From positions 265,075 to 329,074 of the forward strand of contig CAWCFZ010000003.1 of the NCBI GenBank assembly GCA_963795035.1: DNA of 64,000 nucleotides, read 5' to 3'. Position 1 is the stretch's first letter, and every line of letters begins with the position of its first letter. This document shows, piece after piece, positions 20,009-28,063 of the stretch. The notes beneath the pieces were generated by a model. That model did no database searches and was not told the DNA's origin. It was given only the letters and a program-made list of their open reading frames with translations. A program made the translations under genes and the position numbers. The DNA is from an uncultured Actinomycetota bacterium. Lineage in GTDB: Bacteria; Actinomycetota; Actinomycetes; Actinomycetales; Dermatophilaceae.

Positions 20009-20848
20009 ATGGCGACTCCCGCAGCCGACCCGGTCGCCCGGGTCCGCGCCACCTTCGATGCCGTGGCCGACGACTACGACCAGAGCGGCGTGCCGTTCTT
20101 CGGCCCCGCCGCGCAGGGCCTGCTCGAGGCGCTCGACCCGCAGCCGGGGGAGCGCGCCCTCGACATCGGCTGCGGCCGCGGTGCGGTCACCCTCGGGCTC
20201 GCCCGGGCCGTGCTGCCCACCGGCACGCTCGACGCGGTCGACCTCAGCCCGGCGATGGTGGCCCACACCACCGAGCTCCTCGAACGCGACGGGCACGCGG
20301 CCCGGGCCCGGGTGATGGACGCCGCCGACCCCGACCTGCCGAGCGGTGCCCACGACGTCGTCTCGTCAGCGCTGGTCCTGTTCTTCCTGCCGGACCCGGG
20401 CGCCGCGCTGGCCCGCTGGGTCCGCCTGCTCGCGCCGGGCGGGCGGATCGGCCTGACGACGTTCGGGGCCGAGCACCCCGCCGCGGCGGAGGTCAACGCG
20501 CTGTTCCGCCCCTGGTTGCCCCCCGCCATGCTCGACCCCAAGGCGATGGGCCCGGACGACCCCTTCGCCAGCGACGCGGGGATGGAGGCCCTGCTCGGCG
20601 ACGCGGGCGCGGTCGACGTGCGCACCGTGACCCGGCGGGTGCCGGTCGTCTACGGCGACGCCGACGGGTGGAAGGCCTTCTCGATGAGCACGGGCCAGCG
20701 GGCGATGTGGTCGCTCGTCCCCGAGGCGGAGCGGCCCGGGCTCGAGGCGCGCGCCGCGGACATCCTCGACGCGGCCCGCGACGAGAGCGGGCGGGTCGTC
20801 AGCTGGCAGGACATGCGCTACACCCTCGGGCGTGCGCCGCGGCCCTGA
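20009..20848 (+). CDS. Class I SAM-dependent methyltransferase
   Basis: Motif I ALDIGCGRGAV and post-I acidic residue. 279 aa. Confidence 0.8.
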   Translation: MATPAADPVARVRATFDAVADDYDQSGVPFFGPAAQGLLEALDPQPGERALDIGCGRGAVTLGLARAVLPTGTLDAVDLSPAMVAHTTELLERDGHAARARVMDAADPDLPSGAHDVVSSALVLFFLPDPGAALARWVRLLAPGGRIGLTTFGAEHPAAAEVNALFRPWLPPAMLDPKAMGPDDPFASDAGMEALLGDAGAVDVRTVTRRVPVVYGDADGWKAFSMSTGQRAMWSLVPEAERPGLEARAADILDAARDESGRVVSWQDMRYTLGRAPRP

Positions 20849-20879
20849 TCACCGCGGTCGTCCCGGCTAGGGTCTGGCC

Positions 20880-21968
20880 ATGGCACAGGTGCTCCACCTC
20901 ACCGGACCGGTCCTCGTCGGGCGGGAGGAGGTGCGGCCGCAGGCGTGGGTGGTCGGGGGCCGCATCACGTACGAGCCCCCGACGGGCGAGCACGAGGTGA
21001 CGCGGCTCGATGGCTGGGTGCTCCCCGGCCTCGTCGACGCCCACTGCCACGTCGGCCTCGACGCCCACGGCGCCGTGGACCACGACACCGCCGAGGCGCA
21101 GGCGCTCGGCGACCGGGACGCCGGAACCCTCCTCATCAGGGACGCCGGCTCGCCCTCGGACACCCGCTGGGTCGACGACCGCGCCGACCTGCCCCGCATC
21201 ATCCGCGCCGGCCGGCACATCGCGCGGACCCGGCGCTACATCCGCAACTACGCGTGGGAGGTCGAGCCCGAGGACCTCGTCGAGCGGGTGCGGCTCGAGG
21301 CCCGCGCCGGCGACGGGTGGGTCAAGCTCGTCGGCGACTGGATCGACCGCGACGCCGGCGACCTCACGCCCTGCTGGCCCGCCGACGTCCTCGCCGAGGC
21401 CGTGGCCGCCGCCCACGACGAGGGCGCCCGGGTCACGGCGCACTGCTTCGCCGAGGAGTCGCTGCACGACCTCGCGGCCGCCGGCACCGACTGCGTCGAG
21501 CACGCGGTGGGCCTGGTTCCCGAGACCATCGAGGCGTTCGCCCGGCAGGGCATCGCCATCGTGCCGACGCTGGTCAACATCGACACCTTCCCGGCGATCG
21601 CCGAGCCGGCGAAGGCGAAGTTCCCCGGCTACCACGCCCACATGCTCGACCTGCACGCCCGCCGCTACGAGACCGTCGGCGCGGCCCGCGACGCCGGCAT
21701 CCCCGTCTACGTGGGCACCGACGCCGGTGGCTCGCTGCCGCACGGCCTCGCGGCCCAGGAGGTCGAGCGGCTCACCCGCTGCGGCTTCAGCGCGCTCGAG
21801 GCGCTCGACGCGGCGACGTGGGGGGCGCGCGCCTGGCTGGGCCGGCCGGGCATCGAGGAGGGCGAGGAGGCCGACCTCGTCGTCTATGCCGCCGACCCGC
21901 GCGAGGACGTGGGCGTCCTCGCGCACCCGTCGGCGGTCGTGCTGCGCGGCACCGCCGTCCGCGGCTGA
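20880..21968 (+). CDS. Amidohydrolase family metal-dependent hydrolase
   Basis: LPGLVDAHCHVG (HxH metal site), later VTAHC and GTDAG blocks. Confidence 0.8.
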   Translation: MAQVLHLTGPVLVGREEVRPQAWVVGGRITYEPPTGEHEVTRLDGWVLPGLVDAHCHVGLDAHGAVDHDTAEAQALGDRDAGTLLIRDAGSPSDTRWVDDRADLPRIIRAGRHIARTRRYIRNYAWEVEPEDLVERVRLEARAGDGWVKLVGDWIDRDAGDLTPCWPADVLAEAVAAAHDEGARVTAHCFAEESLHDLAAAGTDCVEHAVGLVPETIEAFARQGIAIVPTLVNIDTFPAIAEPAKAKFPGYHAHMLDLHARRYETVGAARDAGIPVYVGTDAGGSLPHGLAAQEVERLTRCGFSALEALDAATWGARAWLGRPGIEEGEEADLVVYAADPREDVGVLAHPSAVVLRGTAVRG

Positions 21969-22025
21969 CGCCGACGGTGGCCGGTGGGCGGGGCGACGCC
22001 CCTTGGCATCCCCAGGTGTCGGCGG

Positions 22026-22958
22026 TCAGGCGGGCTCGGGCGCTCCGGTGCGGGAGTCCTGCACCTCGAGGGCGGCGAGCTCACGCTCCAGCGCGCGCTC
22101 GGCCCGGTGGGCGCGCACCGACCAGGCGACGGCGCCGGCCCACACCGCGCAGACGAGGGCGAGGACCGCGTAGCGGGTGGGGTCGGCGGCGTCGACCCAG
22201 TCGCTGCGCAGCAGGGTCCGGCTGTTCGTGAGGACGATGACGCCGCCCACGGCCGCGCCGAGCACCCGGGGCGGCACGTGCCGCACGAGCCAGGCGGCGA
22301 TCGGGGCGGCCACCAGGCCACCGGCGAGGAGGGCGAGGACCCAGGCGACGTCGAGGCCCGCGGTGCCGAGGGCGAGGAGGAAGCCGATGCTCGCGGCGAC
22401 GGAGACGAGGAACTCGCTGGTGTCGATCGAGCCGATGACCTTGCGCGGCTCGAGGCGGCCGCTGGCGAGGATGGCGGGGGTGCCCACCGGGCCCCAGCCG
22501 CCTCCGCCCGTGGCGTCGACGAACCCGGCGAGGAGGCCGAGCGGGGTGAGGAAGCGGTGGCGCAGCGGGTGGCCGAGCCGGTCGCGTCGCAGGCCCTTGA
22601 CCGTGAAGCGCCCGAGCACGTAGAGGCCGAGGGCCAGCAGGATCATCGACATCACAGGGGAGGCCACGGAGGTGTCCAGGCTGGACAGGAACGTCGCCCC
22701 GGCGAAGGCGCCGACCGCGCCGGGGACGCCGATGCGCACGACGACCCTCCAGTCGACGTTGCCGAACGTCCAGTGGGAGACGCCCGAGGCCAGGGTCGTC
22801 CCGATCTCGGCGAGGTGCACCGTCGCCGACGCGGCCGCGGGGTTGGTCCCGATGGCCAGGAGGAGCGTCGTCGACGTCACCCCGTACGCCATGCCGAGCG
22901 AGCCGTCGACGAGCTGGGCGCCCAGGCCCACGAGGCCGAGCAGGACGAGCTTGCGCAT
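22026..22958 (-). CDS. Sulfite exporter TauE/SafE family membrane protein
   Basis: Start set at ATG 22958 (MRKLVLLGLVGLGAQLVDGSLGMAYG) because the upstream ORF part runs into the hairpin array. Polytopic membrane protein with two-fold internal similarity. Confidence 0.8.
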   Translation of the reverse strand: MRKLVLLGLVGLGAQLVDGSLGMAYGVTSTTLLLAIGTNPAAASATVHLAEIGTTLASGVSHWTFGNVDWRVVVRIGVPGAVGAFAGATFLSSLDTSVASPVMSMILLALGLYVLGRFTVKGLRRDRLGHPLRHRFLTPLGLLAGFVDATGGGGWGPVGTPAILASGRLEPRKVIGSIDTSEFLVSVAASIGFLLALGTAGLDVAWVLALLAGGLVAAPIAAWLVRHVPPRVLGAAVGGVIVLTNSRTLLRSDWVDAADPTRYAVLALVCAVWAGAVAWSVRAHRAERALERELAALEVQDSRTGAPEPA

Positions 22959-23076
22959 GGCAGGGGGCTCCAGGGGGCGAGGGGGCGAAACGGCTGCCCC
23001 GAGTCTTCCCAACTGGACGTTATGGGTCAAACAACGAAGTGTTATGTCTTGCATCGTGGAAGCCGTCACCCGCCCC

Positions 23077-23316
23077 GGTTCGAGGTGAAAGGCGACCCTC
23101 TCGCGGTCGGACATCACCTCGATCCGGCGGGGGGGTCCGGGGTTCGAGGTGAAAGGCGACCCTCTCGCGGTCGGACATCACCTCGAACCGGCGAGGGGGC
23201 GTGGGTTCGAGGTGAAAGGCGACCCTCTCGCGGTCGGACATCACCTCGAACCGGCGAGGGGGCCGTGGGTTCGAGGTGAAAGGCGACCCTCTCGCGGTCG
23301 GACATCACCTCGATCC
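23077..23316 (+). repeat. Tandem array of four 49-nt hairpin units (23077, 23141, 23204, 23268) with 63-64 bp period
   Basis: Unit is GGTTCGAGGTGA-AAGG-CGACC-CTCTCGC-GGTCG-GACA-TCACCTCGA(A/T)CC: a 12-bp outer stem plus a 5-bp inner stem. Linkers are G-rich, GGCG(A/G)GGGGG.. Confidence 0.9.
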
Positions 23317-23347
23317 GGCAGCACGAGGCCGGAGCGCGTGGTCCCGC

Positions 23348-24022
23348 CTACCGCGCGGCCCGCAGGACGTCGGCGCCCTCGCCCGTGAGCCGGGCCAGCC
23401 CGGCGGTGCGTCCCGTGAGGACCAGCAGGATGGCTCCGATCGGACCAGTGACCTCGGAGCCGTGACCACGCTCCCAGTGGACGTCGGTGGCCCGGAACCG
23501 GTGGTCGTCGAGGGGCAGGCGCCGGTTGACCCACGCCATCCAGCTCCCCCGCGTGTCCCAGCGACGGCTCGCGGCGAGGGCGCACGGTGCCGGGCGCATC
23601 TCGAGGTCGAGCCCGAGCGGCACGGCGATGTCCTGGCTGTGGACGAGGATGTCGGTCAGCGTCTCGAGCGGTGTGACGAAGGCGTTGTGGCGGCGCGAGC
23701 CGGTCGTGGCACGGATGCGGTCGGTGATCTCGGAGGTCGACAAGGCACGTGCCTGGATGACGGCCGACTCGTGGATCGTCGCGTTGAGGGTCACGCTGCG
23801 CAGCATCCGCGGGTGCCGGGCGATGAAGCCGAAGAGGTCGCCGAAGGACTGCTGCTGCAGGGTGAGGTGGGCGGCGACGTGGCGCACGGTCCAGCCCTGG
23901 CACAGCGACGGGAGGTCCCACTGGTCCGCCGACAGCCCCTCGAGCAGGCGGGTGGTCCGCACCCGCTGGTCGTCGATGCCGGCCCAGAGGGCGTCGGTCT
24001 CCGCGGCGGTCATGGTGGCCAT
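23348..24022 (-). CDS. DinB-like / mycothiol-dependent maleylpyruvate isomerase family protein
   Basis: ATG 24022 preceded by GGAGGAG. N-terminal DinB-type helix bundle (WAGIDDQRVRTTRLLEGLSADQWDLPSLCQGWTVRHVAAHL). Confidence 0.7.
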   Translation of the reverse strand: MATMTAAETDALWAGIDDQRVRTTRLLEGLSADQWDLPSLCQGWTVRHVAAHLTLQQQSFGDLFGFIARHPRMLRSVTLNATIHESAVIQARALSTSEITDRIRATTGSRRHNAFVTPLETLTDILVHSQDIAVPLGLDLEMRPAPCALAASRRWDTRGSWMAWVNRRLPLDDHRFRATDVHWERGHGSEVTGPIGAILLVLTGRTAGLARLTGEGADVLRAAR

Positions 24023-24033
24023 CCGCTCCTCCT

Positions 24034-24663
24034 TCATGTGAAGACCGGGGGTCGTTCCCGGGTCCGCTTGAGCTCGAAGAACTGGGGGTACCCGGCGAGC
24101 AGCCGGGCGCCCTCGAAGACGTCGTCGGCGTCCGCGCCGCGCGGGATCGCGTTGAGCACCGGTCCGTAGAACGCAACGCCCTCGATGGAGGTGATGGGCG
24201 TGCCGACCTCGCTGCCGACGAGGGCGGCGCCGGCCTCGTGGCTGGCCCGCATCGCGGCATCGTGCTCGTCGGACTCCATGGCGTCCTCGAGCTCGATGGG
24301 CAGGCCCGCTCGGGGGAGGGCCTCGCGCAGCACCTCGCGGTACTGCTGCGCGGAGGGTCGGCGCCACACGTCGAAGACGAGCTCGCCGAAGGCCGTGTAG
24401 AAGTCGCCGAGGACCTCCTCGCCGAACCTCGTGGCCGCGGCGGTGGCCACCCGGGCCGGTCCGCGGGAGGCCTGGACCGTGCGGCGGTAGTCGGGGGCGA
24501 CGTCGGTGCGGTGCTCGTTGAGCAGGTACAGGCTCATGACGTGGTGGCGCACGAGGAGAGGCCGGCGCCCACCCACCTCCTGCAGCCAGCGCGACGCCGT
24601 CCACGAGTACGGGCACACCGGGTCGAACCAGAAGTCGACCACCACCTCGCGTGTCGCCATCAT
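24034..24663 (-). CDS. DsbA-like thioredoxin-fold protein (single-Cys CPYS motif; HCCA-isomerase/FrnE-like)
   Basis: Start MMATREVVVDFWFDPVCPYSW at 24663. Thioredoxin-fold DSBA family pattern. Lies 11 nt upstream of the DinB-like gene. Confidence 0.7.
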   Translation of the reverse strand: MMATREVVVDFWFDPVCPYSWTASRWLQEVGGRRPLLVRHHVMSLYLLNEHRTDVAPDYRRTVQASRGPARVATAAATRFGEEVLGDFYTAFGELVFDVWRRPSAQQYREVLREALPRAGLPIELEDAMESDEHDAAMRASHEAGAALVGSEVGTPITSIEGVAFYGPVLNAIPRGADADDVFEGARLLAGYPQFFELKRTRERPPVFT

Positions 24664-24735
24664 CGCTCCCGCTCCTACAATGGTCCCATCAGCGAACCAG
24701 TATAGTTCGACTGTGGGACTACGTACAGAGGTGAG

Positions 24736-25170
24736 ATGACCCGCCAGCTGCCGACCAGCCTGTTGATGTTCATCACCGCGCGGGCCGCCACGAGCCGCAT
24801 CTTCGATGCCGTCGCGGGCTCCGGGTTCGATGACGTGACCCTCGCGCAGAGCCGGCTGATGATGGGCGTCGACCCCGACGGCACCCGGCTCAGCGTCCTG
24901 GCCGCGCGGGCCCTCATCGCCAAGCAGACCGCGACCGCCCTCGTCGACAGGCTGGAACGGGCGGGCTACGTCGAGCGCGTTCCCGACCCCGCCGACGGGC
25001 GGGCCCGGCTGGTGCGGCTGACCCCACGCGCCCTCGCCGCGATCCCGTACGCCCGCGCCGAGGAGGACCGCATCGAGGCGGAGTGGACCGCGCACCTGGG
25101 CCCCGAGCGGATGGCCGCGCTCCGCGAGGGGCTGGAGGCGCTGCGCGAGATCACCGACCCCTACCGCTGA
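24736..25170 (+). CDS. MarR family transcriptional regulator
   Basis: Winged-helix block [35 protein letters not shown]. Divergent from the DsbA-like/DinB-like pair. Confidence 0.85.
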   Translation: MTRQLPTSLLMFITARAATSRIFDAVAGSGFDDVTLAQSRLMMGVDPDGTRLSVLAARALIAKQTATALVDRLERAGYVERVPDPADGRARLVRLTPRALAAIPYARAEEDRIEAEWTAHLGPERMAALREGLEALREITDPYR

Positions 25171-25257
25171 GCATCGCCGCCGACGGCACCGGTCCCGTGA
25201 GCGTGCGCGGCGTCACCGAGGCTGCGGTGTGGCCGTGGTGCGGGGTACCGCCCGAGG

Positions 25258-25270
25258 TCTGGCAGAATGG
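25258..25270 (+). promoter_or_regulatory. Putative rpsP promoter core TCTGGCAGAATGG (extended -10; hexamer CAGAAT 25263-25268)
   Basis: A near-identical 13-mer, TCTGGCAGACTGG, occurs upstream of rplS at 28904-28916. Confidence 0.4.
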
Positions 25271-25399
25271 ACGGCTGTACCCGTCCGGACGGAACGCATC
25301 CGCGGCCGCCGGACCGGACGCCTACACCGAGCATCCGGCACCCCGCGCGACCCGTGCGCGGTCTCGCCGCGCTCACCACCAACAGGAGTGACCACCACC

Positions 25400-25976
25400 G
25401 TGGCCGTCAAGATCCGTCTGAAGCGCATGGGCAAGATCCGTGCACCGTTCTACCGCGTCGTCGTCATGGACTCGCGCACCAAGCGCGATGGCCGGGCCAT
25501 CGAGGAGATCGGCAAGTACCACCCCACCGAGGAGCCCTCGCTCATCGACATCGACAGCGAGCGCGCGCAGTACTGGCTCGGCAACGGCGCACAGCCGACC
25601 GAGGCCGTCGCGGCCCTGCTGAAGATCACCGGTGACTGGCAGAAGTACAAGGGCGAGCCCGGCACCGAGGGCACCCTTCGGGTCAAGGCTCCCAAGACCC
25701 CCAAGAAGGACCTCTACGAGGCCGCCCTCGCCGCCGCCGGCAAGGCGACCGCCGAGGACACCTCGGGCGCCACCACCTCCAAGAAGCGTCCGGCGAAGAA
25801 GGCCGAGGCCCCCGCGGCCGAGACCCCCGCCGCCGAGGCGCCCGTGGAGGCCACCCCCGCCGCCGAGGCTCCCGTCGCCGAGGCTCCCGTGCGCCGAGGC
25901 GCCCGCCGCCGAGGCGCCCGCGGCCGAGCCCACGTCCACGGACGAGACCCCCGCCGCCGGCGGGGACCAGGCCTGA
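25400..25976 (+). CDS. rpsP: 30S ribosomal protein S16 with acidic Ala/Glu/Pro tail. The tail needs a 1-nt frame correction near 25890 to reach its stop at 25976.
   Basis: GTG 25400 ([26 protein letters not shown]). As sequenced, the frame turns Arg-rich after ...AEAPV and runs into the KH gene. The +1 frame continues [27 protein letters not shown] and stops 2 nt before the KH start. Confidence 0.8.
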
Positions 25977-25978
25977 CC

Positions 25979-26221
25979 GTGCTCGAGGAGGCTCTCGAGC
26001 ACCTCGTCACCGGCATCGTCGACCACAAGGACGAGGTGCAGGTCCGCCGCAAGGAGCTGCGCCGTGGTGAGATCCTCGAGGTGCGCGTGCACCCCGAGGA
26101 CCTCGGCCGCGTCATCGGCCGCTCCGGCCGCACCGCCAGCGCGCTGCGCACCGTGATGGGTGCTCTCGCCGGTGGTCGCCAGATCCGCATCGACATCGTC
26201 GACACCGACCGGGTCCGCTGA
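25979..26221 (+). CDS. KH domain RNA-binding protein (YlqC-like)
   Basis: GTG 25979 ([16 protein letters not shown]). KH GxxG loop [15 protein letters not shown]. Conserved position between rpsP and rimM. Confidence 0.85.
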   Translation: MLEEALEHLVTGIVDHKDEVQVRRKELRRGEILEVRVHPEDLGRVIGRSGRTASALRTVMGALAGGRQIRIDIVDTDRVR

Positions 26222-26233
26222 CCCGATCCGCCC

Positions 26234-26272
26234 GACGGCGGGGCGCCCCGGATCCCGGGGGGCCCCGCCGTC
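26234..26272 (+). terminator. Strong GC hairpin between the KH gene and rimM (possible attenuator or processing site)
   Basis: GACGGCGGGGC GCCCCGG ATC CCGGGGG GCCCCGCCGTC. The outer 11 bp are perfectly complementary and there is an inner CCCCGG/CCGGGG pairing. No T-tract. Confidence 0.4.
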
Positions 26273-26289
26273 CGCCGTTGCAGGAGAGG

Positions 26290-26838
26290 ATGTTCCCCGT
26301 GACCCAGCGCTTCGTCATCGCCCGCATCGGCAAGCCCCACGGCCTCCACGGCGAGGTCACCGTGCAGCTGCACACCGACCACCCCGAGCGTCGCTTCGGG
26401 CTCGGCGCCGTGCTCGACACCGAGGCCGCCCCGGGGACCGGGGTGCCGCGCGCCCTCACCGTGCGCTCGACCAGGGTCCACAACGGCGTCTGGCTGCTCG
26501 GCTTCGAGGAGGTCCCCGACCGCACCGGTGCGGAGTCGCTGCGCGGCACGCGCCTCGTCATCGACGGCACCGACGACGACGGGTCCGACCCCGACGAGGC
26601 TGACGTCTTCTCCGAGGACGAGCTCGTCGGGCTGCGGGCGGTCGACCCCGCGGGTACCGAGCTCGGCCATGTCTCGGGGCTCGAGCTCGGCTCCGCCCAG
26701 GACCGCCTGGTGCTCACCCTCACCGGCGGCCGCGAGGTGCTCGTGCCCTTCGTCGAGGCGATCGTGCCGGAGGTCGACGTCGCGGGCGGCAAGGTCGTCA
26801 TCGACGCCCCACCGGGGCTGCTCGACCTCGGGAGCTGA
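26290..26838 (+). CDS. rimM: Ribosome maturation factor RimM
   Basis: [17 protein letters not shown] and a C-terminal PRC-barrel part. Start ambiguous: TTG 26278, ATG 26290 or GTG 26299. Confidence 0.9.
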   Translation: MFPVTQRFVIARIGKPHGLHGEVTVQLHTDHPERRFGLGAVLDTEAAPGTGVPRALTVRSTRVHNGVWLLGFEEVPDRTGAESLRGTRLVIDGTDDDGSDPDEADVFSEDELVGLRAVDPAGTELGHVSGLELGSAQDRLVLTLTGGREVLVPFVEAIVPEVDVAGGKVVIDAPPGLLDLGS

Positions 26839-26842
26839 CCTC

Positions 26843-28060
26843 GTGCGCCTCGACGTCGTCACGATCTTCCCCGAGTACCTCGCGCCGCTCGACCTCTCGC
26901 TCATCGGCAAGGCGCGCCGCGACGGCCTCCTGGACCTGCGCGTCCACGACCTGCGCGAGTTCACCCACGACCGGCACCGCACCGTCGACGACAGCCCCTT
27001 CGGCGGGGGCGCCGGCATGGTGATGAAGCCCGAGCCGTGGGCGGCGGCCCTCGACCACGTCGTGGCCACCGGCGCCACCGACGAGTCGCCCGTCCCGCAC
27101 CTCATCGTCCCCGGCCCCGGAGGGGTCCCCTTCGACCAGGCGATGGCCCGCCGGCTGGCGGACGAGCCGTGGCTGGCGTTCGCGTGCGGACGCTACGAGG
27201 GCCTCGACGAGCGGGTCCACGAGCACGCGTCCGAGCGGATGCCGGTCACCGTCGTCTCGCTCGGCGACTACGTGCTCAACGGGGGCGAGGTGGCCGTCCT
27301 CGCGATGGTCGAGGCGGTGGGGCGCCTGCTGCCCGGGGTCGTCGGCAACGCCGAGTCGCTCGTCGAGGAGTCCCACGAGGACGGCCTGCTCGAGTACCCG
27401 GTGTACACCCGCCCGGCCCGCTGGGAGGACGGCGAGACCGTCCGCGAGGTCCCGCCGGTGCTGCTGTCCGGCGACCACGCGGCCATCGCCCGCTGGCGCC
27501 ACGAGCAGCGGCTCTCCCGCACCGCGGCGCGCCGTCCCGACCTGCTGGCCGCCGCGGGCGCGACCGGAGGCCTCGACGACCTCGACGTGCGCGTCGCGAC
27601 GCCCGCCGACGCGCCGGAGCTGCGCGTCCTCCAGCTGGCCTGCTGGGTCCCCGAGGGTCGGATCTCCGGCTCGTGGACCATCCCGCCGCTCGACGAGACG
27701 CTCGACGACGTCGCCCGCGGGCTGGTGGAGTGGACGACCTGGGTGGCGCGGGTGCCCGGCGACGGGTCGACGACCGGCCGGCTCGTCGGGTCCGTGCGTG
27801 GTCGGGTCCGCCCCGGTGACCCCACGGTGTGGGAGACCGGCCGGCTCATGGTCGCTCCCGACCTCCAGGGGCGGGGGCTGGGTCGCGAGCTCCTCGCGCT
27901 CGCCGAGGCCGCGGCCCCGGCCGGGGTCGAGACGTTGTGGGTCAACACGGGCGCGGTGAGCGCGGCGAACCAGCGGCGGTACCGGCGGGCCGGCTACCGG
28001 GCCCGGCCCGGCGAGGGCGCCTTCCCCGGAACCGTCGACCTCACCCGGCCCCGGCGCTGA
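26843..28060 (+). CDS. trmD: tRNA (guanine37-N1)-methyltransferase TrmD fused to a C-terminal GNAT acetyltransferase-like domain
   Basis: GTG 26843. TrmD blocks [46 protein letters not shown]. The same frame continues without a stop from about aa 249 into a GNAT-like domain ([22 protein letters not shown]). Confidence 0.85.
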   Translation: MRLDVVTIFPEYLAPLDLSLIGKARRDGLLDLRVHDLREFTHDRHRTVDDSPFGGGAGMVMKPEPWAAALDHVVATGATDESPVPHLIVPGPGGVPFDQAMARRLADEPWLAFACGRYEGLDERVHEHASERMPVTVVSLGDYVLNGGEVAVLAMVEAVGRLLPGVVGNAESLVEESHEDGLLEYPVYTRPARWEDGETVREVPPVLLSGDHAAIARWRHEQRLSRTAARRPDLLAAAGATGGLDDLDVRVATPADAPELRVLQLACWVPEGRISGSWTIPPLDETLDDVARGLVEWTTWVARVPGDGSTTGRLVGSVRGRVRPGDPTVWETGRLMVAPDLQGRGLGRELLALAEAAAPAGVETLWVNTGAVSAANQRRYRRAGYRARPGEGAFPGTVDLTRPRR

Positions 28061-28063
28061 CCC

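Noticed and set aside
23077-23316. Possible CRISPR array (regularly spaced palindromic repeats)
   Set aside because: The spacers are only 14-15 nt and nearly identical to each other. The repeats are 49 nt. No cas genes or leader are present.
23020-23388. Short ORFs with repeated peptides (MMSDRERVAFHLEP..., MKGDPLAVGHHLEP...), and the analogous MKGDLLAVGFHLEP N-termini at 3600-3720
   Set aside because: They are translations of the hairpin repeats on both strands. The 63/64-bp period is not frame-preserving. The downstream genes have better internal starts (22958 and 3462).
25400-26221. Single 273-aa S16-KH fusion protein, as the uncorrected frame would predict
   Set aside because: The linker would be an Arg-rich out-of-frame reading of an AEAP repeat. 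A one-base shift restores the repeat, a stop, and the canonical 2-nt gap to the KH start.
27560-27590. Separate GNAT gene starting at the internal GTG 27587
   Set aside because: There is no stop codon between the TrmD and GNAT parts, and the nearest GGAGG is about 16 nt upstream, which is poor spacing. It is treated as a fusion pending read-level verification.
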